Source of the DNA: an uncultured Ignavibacteria bacterium
Lineage (GTDB): Bacteria > Bacteroidota > Ignavibacteria > Kapaibacteriales > Kapaibacteriaceae
DNA length: 64,000 nt
Direction: 5' to 3'
Assembly (NCBI GenBank): GCA_903939735.1
Contig: CAJAIA010000028.1
Location: 48,978-112,977 of the forward strand
Shown piece after piece: positions 20,695 through 30,303 of this stretch. The notes beneath the pieces are model-generated. The model saw nothing but the letters and a program-made list of their open reading frames with translations. It did not search any database and was not told the origin of the DNA. A program made the translations under genes and the position numbers. The first letter of the stretch is position 1. Each line of letters starts with the position of its first letter.

Positions 20695-21036
20695 TCAGTG
20701 ATCGAGTGAACCCAGGAGTTCTGGATCAACATCAATCTCCATCATCAGCATCGCCGAGGCGATCGTCTTACCCTGCGCGTCAAGCTTGAGTGATACCGTA
20801 CCGCCACCGCCAAGGGTGTTGTTGAGGACGAAGTTCACCGCCCAGAGGTTGGGGATCTCGTAGCGCTCAACAGTCCCGAGGCACACGCCCTTGAAATAGG
20901 CGGCTACGCGCTCAGTGGTCAGGGCATCACGGATAATCGGATACCATTCTTCTTTGAATGCGATAACGCCGCAGTTAGCAGCGTCGCCCTTGTCGCCACT
21001 GCGAGCATGAGCGATTTGACCCAGGGTGATTTTCAT
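20695..21036 (-). CDS. AtuA-related small protein (stand-alone AtuA C-terminal-like domain)
   Basis: IAHARSGDKGD.AN.GVIA...VERYE.PNL.A.NF.L...LGGGG..SL.LDAQGK. Confidence 0.8.
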   Translation of the reverse strand: MKITLGQIAHARSGDKGDAANCGVIAFKEEWYPIIRDALTTERVAAYFKGVCLGTVERYEIPNLWAVNFVLNNTLGGGGTVSLKLDAQGKTIASAMLMMEIDVDPELLGSLDH

Positions 21037-21087
21037 AGAGCGAAAATACGAACCACCCGGGTAGTACGTCTGTCCAGCCGAAAACGG

Positions 21088-21095
21088 TAACTTTG
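21088..21095 (+). promoter_or_regulatory. -7 promoter element TAACTTTG (panD operon)
   Basis: TAnnTTTG match 41 nt before panD. Confidence 0.6.
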
Positions 21096-21136
21096 TAGCC
21101 TTATTCACGTTTGAACGCCATCACGGGAGCGCTTCC

Positions 21137-21532
21137 ATGAATCGCGTCATGTTCAAGTCCAAAATTCACCGTGCTCGGATCACGCAAGCCGACCTTTATT
21201 ACGAAGGCAGTCTGACGATCGATGAGGAGCTCATGGAGGCTGCCGACCTGATCGCGTACGAGAAGGTATCTGTTGTGAACATCAACAACGGAGAGCGCTT
21301 CGAAACGTATGTGATCCCTGGCACGCGCGGTTCGCGCGACATTTGCCTCAACGGTGCTGCTGCTCGTAAGGGGCATGTAGACGACGAAGTCATCATCATC
21401 AGCTATACGACAATGCCGGATGCTGAAGCACGCGCCTATAAGCCGACAGTCGTCCTGGTTGATGCCAAGAATGATCCAGTTTCGATTTCTTCGAGCGTCG
21501 AAGCGTACACTCAACTTCCCCGTCATAACTAA
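21137..21532 (+). CDS. panD: Aspartate 1-decarboxylase
   Basis: KSKIHRA, Y.G-S.TID self-cleavage site, [15 protein letters not shown]. Confidence 0.97.
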   Translation: MNRVMFKSKIHRARITQADLYYEGSLTIDEELMEAADLIAYEKVSVVNINNGERFETYVIPGTRGSRDICLNGAAARKGHVDDEVIIISYTTMPDAEARAYKPTVVLVDAKNDPVSISSSVEAYTQLPRHN

Positions 21533-21535
21533 GCG

Positions 21536-22294
21536 ATGCAGCAACACCGAGAACTCGCCGTAGCAATTCTTGCTGCGGGACAAGGCAAGCGCATGGGCAA
21601 TCCGAACCTCGCTAAGGTTCTTGCCTCACTCGACGGCAAACCTCTCCTCGGCTATGTCCTCGAACAGTCAGCTCAGCTCGTACCGGATGCCGTCGTTGTT
21701 ATCGTTGGCCATCAGCGCGAAGCGGTAGCCGCATTTGTGGCAGAGGCTATGCCTGCAGCTACATGTGTCGTGCAAGATCAGCAACTCGGCACCGGTCACG
21801 CGGTGCAGCAGACAGCGCCAGTCCTTGCGCAACGGCATGCCGATGTCATCATTCTGAGCGGAGATGTTCCGTTGCTCACGGGCAACACACTCCAGGAACT
21901 GCTGCATCGACATCGGTCGGGCAATGCTGTAGCAACTGTTCTCACTGCGCGTGTGCCAGATCCAACTGGATACGGGCGCATTGTGCGGGATGCCAGCGGA
22001 ACATTGCTTCGCATTGTGGAGCACAAGGACGCAACGGAAGAAGAGCGGATGATTGCCGAGATCAATTCAGGCATCTACGTTGTACGCTCAGAGGCACTTT
22101 ACGCATCGCTCGACCGTGTATCGAATGCAAACGCTCAAGGCGAATACTATCTCACGGACATCATTGGCATCCTTCAAGCGGATGGCGAACTCGTGGATGC
22201 ATGGTGCGCACCGTCGTGGGAAGAGCTTCACGGCATCAATACCGTTGCCGACCTTGAACACGCAAGCGTATTGCTTCAACAGCGGGGACAGTAA
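21536..22294 (+). CDS. Sugar-phosphate nucleotidyltransferase (GlmU N-terminal uridyltransferase domain only)
   Basis: ILAAGQGKRM, QLGTGHAV, GDVPL, GYGRIVR, EINSGIY, NAQGEYYLTD; no hexapeptide-repeat domain. Confidence 0.85.
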   Translation: MQQHRELAVAILAAGQGKRMGNPNLAKVLASLDGKPLLGYVLEQSAQLVPDAVVVIVGHQREAVAAFVAEAMPAATCVVQDQQLGTGHAVQQTAPVLAQRHADVIILSGDVPLLTGNTLQELLHRHRSGNAVATVLTARVPDPTGYGRIVRDASGTLLRIVEHKDATEEERMIAEINSGIYVVRSEALYASLDRVSNANAQGEYYLTDIIGILQADGELVDAWCAPSWEELHGINTVADLEHASVLLQQRGQ

Positions 22295-22698
22295 TGATTC
22301 AAGCAATTGACCACATCGGTATCGCCGTACGCGATCTTGAAGCGAGCATCACGTTGTACAAGACGTTGTTTCAGATTGACACAATGCATCGCGAACAAGT
22401 CGTCGAGTTTGGTGTCGATATCGCTTCGTTTTCGCTTAATGGTGTTCGCATCGAACTTACGGCACCTCTCCATGCAGACACGCCGATTGGAAAGTTCCTC
22501 GACAAACGCGGAGAAGGCATCCATCACGTTGCCTTTCGCACCGACACCATCGGCGAAGATCTACAGCGCCTTGCCAACAACGACATTCGCTTGATTAACA
22601 CCGAACCTCAGAACGGTGCCCACGATATGCTCGTCGCATTCCTCCACCCGTCATCAACCGGTGGTGTGTTGATGGAACTCTGCTCGGAGAAACCCTGA
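22294..22698 (+). CDS. mce: Methylmalonyl-CoA epimerase
   Basis: IDHIGIAV, IEL, FLDKRGEGIHHVAF, FLHP..TGGVLMEL. Confidence 0.92.
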   Translation: MIQAIDHIGIAVRDLEASITLYKTLFQIDTMHREQVVEFGVDIASFSLNGVRIELTAPLHADTPIGKFLDKRGEGIHHVAFRTDTIGEDLQRLANNDIRLINTEPQNGAHDMLVAFLHPSSTGGVLMELCSEKP

Positions 22699-23318
22699 TG
22701 CCACGCCTTACGCTTATTCGTCACGGTGAATCACAATGGAATCTCGAGAATCGCTTCACGGGATGGGTCGATGTCGACCTTACACCGAAAGGCGAGCGTG
22801 AAGCAGCAGCGGCCGGACACGTCCTACGCGGCGTGCCTGTCGACGTACTGTTTACGTCCGTGCTCAAACGTGCGATGCGCACAGCAGAGATCGCATGCGG
22901 GGAAGCCGGCATTCACGACATTCCCGTTCACCGGGATGCCGCACTGAACGAGCGTCACTACGGCGATCTCCAGGGTTTGAACAAAGCGGAAACAGCAGCT
23001 TCCTACGGCGATGAGCAGGTACACGTATGGCGCAGATCGTACGATGTGCCACCTCCGAACGGTGAATCGCTTAAAGACACGCAGGCTCGCGTTGCACCGT
23101 ACTACCAGTCACAGATCGTGCCGCTTCTTCGGGCGGATCAGAATGTGCTGGTCGTTGCACACGGCAATTCACTTCGTTCCCTCGTCATGTTCGTTGAACA
23201 TCTCTCTCCAGAAGAAATTCTCAAGATCGAGATCGCCACTGGCGTTCCGATCACCTATGAACTCGACAAGGACCTTAACGTTGTTTCAAAGACCATTCTT
23301 ACGCCTACTGCTTCGTAG
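22698..23318 (+). CDS. gpmA: 2,3-BPG-dependent phosphoglycerate mutase
   Basis: LIRHGESQWN.ENRFTGW.DV, LNERHYGDLQGLNK, WRRSYD.PPP.GESL, AHGNSLR. Confidence 0.96.
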   Translation: MPRLTLIRHGESQWNLENRFTGWVDVDLTPKGEREAAAAGHVLRGVPVDVLFTSVLKRAMRTAEIACGEAGIHDIPVHRDAALNERHYGDLQGLNKAETAASYGDEQVHVWRRSYDVPPPNGESLKDTQARVAPYYQSQIVPLLRADQNVLVVAHGNSLRSLVMFVEHLSPEEILKIEIATGVPITYELDKDLNVVSKTILTPTAS

Positions 23319-25002
23319 CGCTGCTGTTGCAGCAGTAGTGCTCGCAGGCTGGACGCACACCTCAGCCCAGACACAGTCACCGGTACTGCGTGCCATGCGC
23401 GCTGAAGTAGACCGCACGATGACAACGCTTGCGAAGACAACGCCAGCTCCGTACTTCCTCTCCTATGCGGTAACGGAAGTGTCGTCAACAGTGATCACCG
23501 CATCCATGGGTGCGATTGATATCGATGTTACGTCATCACGAAGAGTTCTTGATGTTGATCTTCGTGTTGGATCCTACGAACTCGACAATACGCGAAGCAT
23601 TCGCGGCGTAGCGTTTGAGATGGGACGTGGCACGCGTGGAGTTGAGATGCCCGCAGGGGATGATGAACGTGCTCTGCGCAGCGTGATTTGGTCGGCCACA
23701 GATAAGGCGTACTCGGCAGCAGCCGAACGTTTCGGCAAGGTCCTGACGAATCTGCAGGTTAAGGTGCGCGAGGAAGACTCCTCGGCGGATCTCTCTCGTG
23801 AGCAAGCCTACGTATCGATCACACCCCCACGGGCATTTGAGTACGACACTGCGATGTGGCGCGACCGTGTGCGCTCATTGAGTGCAATGTGTGCGCAGCA
23901 AGAGCATATTCTGAGCGGACGCGTGTCGTTCCAGACAGATCGTCTGGTAAAGTACATTGTGAACTCAGAGGGCACTACAATTCAGCTCTCCGAGCCAATC
24001 GTAAAGATGTTTGTCATCATCAAGGCGAAAGCTGACGATGGCATGAGTCTGCCGCTGTATGAGAGCTATTCGGCCTACGCAGCTGATCGGCTGCCGTCGA
24101 AGGCATCGATGGAGCAGGACGTGCGGAGGCTCATTGATCTTGCGCGACGGCTTCGTACCGCGCCATTGCTTGAGACCTATACCGGACCCGCCATTTTGTC
24201 GGGTCGTAGCGCCGGCGTGTTCTTCCACGAGATCTTTGGTCACCGCGTCGAAGGACATCGCCAGAAAGACGTCAACTCGAGTCAGACGTTTAAGCCGTTC
24301 CTCAACAAGCGCATTTTGCCTCCATTCATCAACGTGGTCTTCGATCCAACGATCACGTCCCTGCGCGGCAACGACATCGTCGGTGCGTTTTCATTCGACG
24401 ATGAAGGCATGCCGGGCAAACGCGTTGTCGCAGTCGACAGTGGCATCTTCAAGAGCTTCCTGATGTCACGATCACCAATCGACAGCTTCCCTGTCTCGAA
24501 TGGACACGGCCGACGTCAACCTGGATTCAAGGCAGTGTCGCGTCAGTCGAACCTCATCGTTGAAGCCACAACAACAGTCCCATACGACACGCTTCGTGCA
24601 ATGCTTCGTCGCGAGTGCATCGTGCAGAAGAAAGAGTTCGGCTTGCTGTTCGAAGACATACAAGGCGGCTTCACATTCACCGGACGCACTGTCCCGAATG
24701 CGTTTAACGTTCAGCCCCTTGTTGTCTACAAAGTATTCGCAGATGGACGTCCCGACGAACTCATTCGCGGCGTCGACCTCATCGGGACACCATTGACAAC
24801 GTTTAACAACATCGTCGCAGCAGCAGATGATCTTGGCGTCTTCAATGGCGTGTGTGGCGCTGAATCAGGTGGTGTACCTGTAAGCGCATGTTCTCCAAGT
24901 TTGCTTGTATCGACAATTGAAGTGCAGAAGAAGCAGAAATCACAAGCAAAACCACCAATTCTGCCTGATCCAACAGTACCATCAGCAGGGAGCCGACCAT
25001 GA
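23257..25002 (+). CDS. TldD-family metalloprotease with signal peptide
   Basis: HEIFGHRVEG, FDDEG, NGHGR, SRQSNL, distal G.CGAESG. Signal peptide ending TSA-Q. Start at 23257 or 23281, not 23011. Confidence 0.85.
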   Translation: MNSTRTLTLFQRPFLRLLLRSAAVAAVVLAGWTHTSAQTQSPVLRAMRAEVDRTMTTLAKTTPAPYFLSYAVTEVSSTVITASMGAIDIDVTSSRRVLDVDLRVGSYELDNTRSIRGVAFEMGRGTRGVEMPAGDDERALRSVIWSATDKAYSAAAERFGKVLTNLQVKVREEDSSADLSREQAYVSITPPRAFEYDTAMWRDRVRSLSAMCAQQEHILSGRVSFQTDRLVKYIVNSEGTTIQLSEPIVKMFVIIKAKADDGMSLPLYESYSAYAADRLPSKASMEQDVRRLIDLARRLRTAPLLETYTGPAILSGRSAGVFFHEIFGHRVEGHRQKDVNSSQTFKPFLNKRILPPFINVVFDPTITSLRGNDIVGAFSFDDEGMPGKRVVAVDSGIFKSFLMSRSPIDSFPVSNGHGRRQPGFKAVSRQSNLIVEATTTVPYDTLRAMLRRECIVQKKEFGLLFEDIQGGFTFTGRTVPNAFNVQPLVVYKVFADGRPDELIRGVDLIGTPLTTFNNIVAAADDLGVFNGVCGAESGGVPVSACSPSLLVSTIEVQKKQKSQAKPPILPDPTVPSAGSRP

Positions 25003-26768
25003 ACCGACTTCTTGCGCTTGGCGTTGCACTTGTAACGCTCACGGTTTCATCGTTGGCACAGCAGCTACAGCGCGACGACATTCTCGCTGCCATGGAGGCA
25101 GAACTTCAGCGATCAATGCAGCAGCTATCGCTGGGCGATCTCGCACGACCTTACTACATCGAGTACATCCTCAACACGCGGAGAGCGACGACAGCACATG
25201 CTGTGCTTGGCACGATTGAAGATGTGGACTCTGGTACACGCGCAACAATTACAGTGCGCGTTCGCGTTGGCGGTCAGAAATTCGACAACACGAATTTCTT
25301 CGACGTCAGCCTCGGTTTTTTTGGGTCGAGTGACGACGAAGAGAGCTTCAAGAATCGTCTCATTCCGTTTGAGCTCTCTGCAGATGTGCTCCGACGTGAG
25401 CTATGGCTTGCGACTGATGCATGTTACAAGCAGGCTGTTGAGATCTACGCCAAGAAGGAGTCGACACTTAAGAATCGCCTTCGTCGCGACACCACGTGGG
25501 ACTTCTTCCTGATGCCTACTGGTGGAGAGCGTGTCGATGTGTCGCCATCACCGCAAATCCGTATCGACGATCTGCGTCAGCGCGTAGAGCGCCTCAGTGG
25601 CATCTTCCGCAGTTATCCAGCTATCTATCAATCGCGTGTTGGCATGGAGGTGATCCCGAAGGAGACCTACTACGTGAACTCCGAAGGTCGCCGCATGCAT
25701 AAAACCGAGAGCACGGTTGGCATCGAGGTGGTTGCAACCACGCAAGCGGATGATGGGATGCCCCTTGCACAGACCTATGCGGTGTACGGCACACAGATGA
25801 GCGACCTCCCAACGATCGACTCACTCGAGCGTGCAGTGCGCGCAGTTGCAGCGCGACTAGCAGCGCAGCGAACTGCACCAATCATCGAACCATATTCAGG
25901 ACCGGTCCTGTTTGAAGGACGAGCTGCAGGCGGCATAATCGGACAGTTCTTTGCGCCCAATCTTGTAGCGCAGCGCCCGCCCCTTTCCGAAGGAGGCTTC
26001 TCAACGAATGATCGTTCAATGGCGTTTCAGAACAAGATCGGCGCTCGCGTATTGCCGGAGTTCCTTACAGTTCGTGATCGGCCTAGCATGACTCGTCATG
26101 GATCACACTCGGTGTGTGGAGGCTACAGCATCGACGACGAAGCAACGCCTGCACAGGACGTGCTCCTGGTCGAGAACGGATATCTCCGAACACTTCTCTC
26201 GTCGAGGACCCCAACAAAGCGCATCAATGCTAGCAACGGACATCTACGGGGCGGCGGAACGATGTTTAGCGTCTTGGATCTTTCGTCGCGCGAACCGAAG
26301 CATACATTGAGTGCGCCAGATCTCAAGAAGCGTCTTCTGAAGCTCGTCAAGGATCGCGATCTTCCCTACGGAATTATCGTCCGTGCGACGATAGATCAGA
26401 ACCTCCTCTTTACGGGCATCATCCGACAGCTTGGAAGCGATCTTCCTGTGTCGCAAGGCGAGGGCAAGATTGGTCTGCTTGAAGCCTATCGCATCTATCC
26501 GGATGGTCGCGAAGAACTCATTCGCGGCGTCGAAGCCGCTGGAGTTTCTGCCGCATCATTCAAAGACATCATTGCAGTGTCGAAGACGCAGACGGCGCAT
26601 GCATTCCTTGCACCGAGTGTTGTGCCATCATTCATTAGCGGTGGCGCATCGTATCTGCTGTCGACGGTAATCACGCCAGACCTTCTGTTTGAGGATCTCG
26701 AAGTACGTCCGCTTGAAGGTGATATGCCGAAGCCGCCGGTCTTGACTAACCCCATCGCTGGTGAGTGA
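24999..26768 (+). CDS. TldE/PmbA-like partner with signal peptide
   Basis: Paralogous to the upstream TldD (AM.AE..R, PYY, VRVG...DNT, YSGPVL, IDDE, SNGH, DGREELIRGV) but lacks HExxH; ATGA overlap. Confidence 0.8.
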   Translation: MNRLLALGVALVTLTVSSLAQQLQRDDILAAMEAELQRSMQQLSLGDLARPYYIEYILNTRRATTAHAVLGTIEDVDSGTRATITVRVRVGGQKFDNTNFFDVSLGFFGSSDDEESFKNRLIPFELSADVLRRELWLATDACYKQAVEIYAKKESTLKNRLRRDTTWDFFLMPTGGERVDVSPSPQIRIDDLRQRVERLSGIFRSYPAIYQSRVGMEVIPKETYYVNSEGRRMHKTESTVGIEVVATTQADDGMPLAQTYAVYGTQMSDLPTIDSLERAVRAVAARLAAQRTAPIIEPYSGPVLFEGRAAGGIIGQFFAPNLVAQRPPLSEGGFSTNDRSMAFQNKIGARVLPEFLTVRDRPSMTRHGSHSVCGGYSIDDEATPAQDVLLVENGYLRTLLSSRTPTKRINASNGHLRGGGTMFSVLDLSSREPKHTLSAPDLKKRLLKLVKDRDLPYGIIVRATIDQNLLFTGIIRQLGSDLPVSQGEGKIGLLEAYRIYPDGREELIRGVEAAGVSAASFKDIIAVSKTQTAHAFLAPSVVPSFISGGASYLLSTVITPDLLFEDLEVRPLEGDMPKPPVLTNPIAGE

Positions 26769-29039
26769 TCACTCGAGGGTGTATCGCACGCCGATGTACA
26801 GCATGCGTGAATCGAGCTGACCCCACGCAAGTGAGGCGTCGAAGCGATACGTGTAGGGATCATCTGCACCGATGATTGGATCGCGCTGGATCATGTTTAG
26901 CGCATTCTCGATGCCGAGGTAAACGTCGAATCCTTCAAAGCGCCGAGTGAGCTGCGCATTTAGTCGCCACATTCCCGGGAACGTTGTAGCACGCGTGTCA
27001 ACGGCCATGTTTCCAGCCGTTGTTGGAAATCGTCCCGGCCCGTTCCAGGCCAACGTGACGTCGCCCTGCCACTGCATACCAGGTGTCGTATACGACACCG
27101 TCGTCAAGACGCGTGATCGACTTACGAGCGGACGTTGTTGCAACTGCCCACCGTAGGGCGCTTGAACATCAACCCATCGATAGGCCATCAGGACGTCAAG
27201 GCGGGGCATCGGAGAGAACAGTACCTGCGCCATGACATTTGTCGAGAAGCTCTCGCCACGCAGATTCGTCACCCAGAGTTCGCGCACAGAGCGGTCGTAA
27301 TCGACGTAGACCTGATTGGTGAAACGCGTGGTATAGACTTCCGCATCAAACGTGAATGGACGTCCGCCGAGCTCAAACGATGTTGTCATCGATGCTCCTA
27401 CGTTCCATGCATCCTCCGGCAGAAACGTTGGATCCATGATCACTTGTCGCGAATTGACATATGATCCAAGATTCTCCATGACCACATTCGCAACCCGCCA
27501 TCCGCGTCCAGCCGACACGCGAAGCGATGTCATGTCGGTGATCGACCACTTCGCATGAGCTCGCGGCACAAGACGTGTGCCATAGAGATTATGAGCGTCA
27601 GCTCGGAGTCCAGCAAGAACCGTCAGTGACGATGTTGGCTGCAACGTGAGCTCTGCATATGCACCAGGAACATGCTCCACACGAGCCATCGATCGCGCAT
27701 CGAGGCGCTCTTGTACATCGTCAAACATGTAGGAGAATCCTGCTACCAACTTCACTTCAGAAGTGAACGGTGCAGCGACGACGCCACGCACGTTGAGCGT
27801 GCGCTGCAAGCCCCGTGCAGAGCGTGTGCCGAATGCCGACGAGGCATCATGATACACACCAGCGACGACCAGCGAGATTCCACTACCCTCTTCCATTGAC
27901 TCGAAGGGGTCAAGCAGACCGAACTTGAGGAATCCATCAACACGACCAATCTCGGTTACCACATCGTAGGGACGCGCCCACGTTGAATCGTGTTGCTCAA
28001 ACATCGCGTTATGCACAATGCTCTGACCAGACACGTAGCGGTCCTGCAGGCCCCGTATGAAGAACTGCCACTCAACCTCATCATCGTTATACATCCACCG
28101 GTGGACGAGGTTGACTTGACGAAACGTTGGATTGTCGGCGAAGCCGTCATCGTTCTGATCCATCGCTTCGTCCATCACGCGTGCGTGCAGCATCGTCATG
28201 GTTGAGAGTTCATCCGTGAGTGTCTGCGCGCCATAGATGTTTGCCTCAAATCGCTGCATTGTGTTCGCGTAGGCATTCACATACAACGTCGGACTCGACA
28301 TTGGGTTATGCATGCAGAGATTGATCTGGCCCGTGATCGACTCATAGCCATTCGTAACCGTAGAGCTTCCTTTTGCGATGCTGATCGATTCCAAGAACGG
28401 ACCAGGCACATGATCGAGTCCGAATGGGACTTCGAGCGCACGCGGCAGCGGCACGGCCTCGATCAGCATCTGTGTGTAGGTTCCCCGCAGACCCAACAGC
28501 TGCACTTGCTTTGCCCCTGTCACTGCATCGGCAAACGATACTTCAACCGACGGGTTCTTCTCGAAGGACTCCGCCAGTGAGCAGCACGCAGCCTTTGCTA
28601 GGTCCTTCTTCGAGATCACTTCCGTCTTGATTGGTGCTCGCGTAATCGACGACTCTTCGGCCTCGACGACAACCTCCGACGACGACGACGGATCGAGCTC
28701 GATCGTCACGGAATCTGCACGCAGATCGACAACGACATACCGCGTTCGATACGACACAAAGCGGATCTCCAACGTGTCGGTTTCATTACTTCTCGTAATC
28801 GTGAAACCTCCACTAGCGTCCTTTACAACAGCACCCAGTTGGGTGCTCTTCCAACGCACGGTTGCGCCGCGAAGCGGTTGGAGAGATCCATCAGGTTGGC
28901 GTCCGAGGACTCTGCCCTTGAGATCATCAAGGGCGAAAAGATTTGTGGGCAGCATCACCACGACAGCCATGAGTGCCATCAGCACCCGAAGGGAGGTTTG
29001 CATACAAGTAGTGCCTCGACGTGAAGAAACAATCAGCAT
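26769..29039 (-). CDS. TonB-dependent receptor, CC-motif (putative metal-associated) type
   Basis: N-terminal carboxypeptidase-like domain; plug KAACCSLAESFE.NPSV.V...DAVTGAKQ.QLLGL.G.Y; beta-barrel ending YIGVRYTLE. Start 29039 or 29003. Confidence 0.9.
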   Translation of the reverse strand: MLIVSSRRGTTCMQTSLRVLMALMAVVVMLPTNLFALDDLKGRVLGRQPDGSLQPLRGATVRWKSTQLGAVVKDASGGFTITRSNETDTLEIRFVSYRTRYVVVDLRADSVTIELDPSSSSEVVVEAEESSITRAPIKTEVISKKDLAKAACCSLAESFEKNPSVEVSFADAVTGAKQVQLLGLRGTYTQMLIEAVPLPRALEVPFGLDHVPGPFLESISIAKGSSTVTNGYESITGQINLCMHNPMSSPTLYVNAYANTMQRFEANIYGAQTLTDELSTMTMLHARVMDEAMDQNDDGFADNPTFRQVNLVHRWMYNDDEVEWQFFIRGLQDRYVSGQSIVHNAMFEQHDSTWARPYDVVTEIGRVDGFLKFGLLDPFESMEEGSGISLVVAGVYHDASSAFGTRSARGLQRTLNVRGVVAAPFTSEVKLVAGFSYMFDDVQERLDARSMARVEHVPGAYAELTLQPTSSLTVLAGLRADAHNLYGTRLVPRAHAKWSITDMTSLRVSAGRGWRVANVVMENLGSYVNSRQVIMDPTFLPEDAWNVGASMTTSFELGGRPFTFDAEVYTTRFTNQVYVDYDRSVRELWVTNLRGESFSTNVMAQVLFSPMPRLDVLMAYRWVDVQAPYGGQLQQRPLVSRSRVLTTVSYTTPGMQWQGDVTLAWNGPGRFPTTAGNMAVDTRATTFPGMWRLNAQLTRRFEGFDVYLGIENALNMIQRDPIIGADDPYTYRFDASLAWGQLDSRMLYIGVRYTLE

Positions 29040-29054
29040 TCACGATGAGCACTC

Positions 29055-29456
29055 TTATAGTCGTCGAACTCCTAGCTGCGCCCGCTCAGGGGGCGAGTGG
29101 GTTATGCCTTCGGCAATGAGCCCGGCTCGCGCCTGCGAGACCTGCACTGCTTCAAACAGCCGAACGACGTCGATATCAGCAAAGGGCTCTGCACATTCGG
29201 GAGCATGGGAGGATGCGATCGCATCATCCAGTGCCCCAACATATGCGAACTCCACTGTCAGATCAACGTCATCAGCAGAACATGGCTCTTCTTCACAACA
29301 TGGGTCGGTATCCGGACAGCACGATATCGGCTCGCATTCTGTCTGCAGGGATACACGCTGTCCGCAGCAATATTGAGCCACAACGGGACCGCCCGCAACC
29401 ATCAGAAGCTGCAGGACCAGGAGAATTGGGGCAAGAATGTAGCGGTGCGCTGCCAT
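29055..29456 (-). CDS. Cys-rich leader-type protein (HYC_CC_PP-like)
   Basis: N-terminal hydrophobic helix, QYCCG, CC..CC clusters, C-terminal HSPP...LGV.RL; lies 15 nt upstream of the TonB receptor. Confidence 0.7.
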   Translation of the reverse strand: MAAHRYILAPILLVLQLLMVAGGPVVAQYCCGQRVSLQTECEPISCCPDTDPCCEEEPCSADDVDLTVEFAYVGALDDAIASSHAPECAEPFADIDVVRLFEAVQVSQARAGLIAEGITHSPPERAQLGVRRL

Positions 29457-29571
29457 GAGCACGAAAAATAATGATAATTCTCGGTCGAACCGCATATTTC
29501 CTGCTTGTCTATGCCCCAGCATTTTCCTACGTTCGTCCATACGTGTTCTCGCTATCGCAACGGAGGGGCTT

Positions 29572-29802
29572 ATGTCCGACGTGAAGCACTACAGCAACGG
29601 AGAGATAACGATCGTCTGGAAATCAGAGAAGTGTGCGCATTCGGCCAATTGTTTTCGAAATCTGCCGGTCGTCTTCAATCCGCGCGTTAAGCCCTGGATT
29701 CAGCCGCATAATGCCGTTACAGGGGAGATCGTGCAGGTCGTGCAAGGCTGCCCGAGTGGGGCGTTAACGATCCTCGACGGGGATGTACCGCAGCCTGAAT
29801 AG
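29572..29802 (+). CDS. Small divergent 4Fe-4S protein (YjdI/Fer4_19-like)
   Basis: Y....I.I.W....C.HS.NC...LP.VF.P...PWI.P......CPSGAL; SD GGAGG. Confidence 0.85.
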   Translation: MSDVKHYSNGEITIVWKSEKCAHSANCFRNLPVVFNPRVKPWIQPHNAVTGEIVQVVQGCPSGALTILDGDVPQPE

Positions 29803-29855
29803 CGTAACTTTTTCACAGTTACGGATTCATAGTTCCTCGCAACCGATCAGTCACC

Positions 29856-29863
29856 TATCTTTG
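29856..29863 (+). promoter_or_regulatory. -7 promoter element TATCTTTG 4 nt before ATG 29868
   Basis: TAnnTTTG-cccc-ATG. Confidence 0.6.
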
Positions 29864-29867
29864 CCCC

Positions 29868-30293
29868 ATGATTCGCCGCCTAGCCATCCTCGCTGTCCTT
29901 GTGTGCACCACGGTCGTCGCCTACGGCGTCCAGGTGACCTTGCAGTACTTTAATGCGAAGTCGAATGGCACCTCAATCTCGCTTGAATGGAAGTCGACAG
30001 CAGAGTCAAACCTGGTGCAATACGAGATTGAACGTGCAGGCGAAGACAATCAGTTCCGGTACGTCGCAACACTCCAAGCTCGCGGTAGCAATACGGTGTA
30101 CTCCTATCGTGACGACGAAGCATTCGGCAAGGGCGATGGCAACGACGGTTCAGTTGCACGCAACTACTTCACCTACCGCCTGAAGATGGTCACACCTGAC
30201 CGCTCGGCTTCGTACTCGAACTCCATTGGCGTTACCCATAACGTTAGCGGCATCAAGCGTACGTGGGGCATGATCAAGGAAATGTTCCGATAA
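29868..30293 (+). CDS. Secreted Ig/FN3-like protein with C-terminal TWGxIKxxFR motif
   Basis: Signal peptide; F.A......I.LEW....E.N...YEIER...Y.Y.D...YRLK; ends KRTWGMIKEMFR. Confidence 0.75.
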   Translation: MIRRLAILAVLVCTTVVAYGVQVTLQYFNAKSNGTSISLEWKSTAESNLVQYEIERAGEDNQFRYVATLQARGSNTVYSYRDDEAFGKGDGNDGSVARNYFTYRLKMVTPDRSASYSNSIGVTHNVSGIKRTWGMIKEMFR

Positions 30294-30303
30294 GGAACGT
30301 CCT

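Noticed and set aside
23011..23256. 663-aa version of TldD starting at 23011
   Set aside because: Overlaps gpmA by ~300 nt with non-protein-like sequence; the signal peptide starts at 23257/23281.
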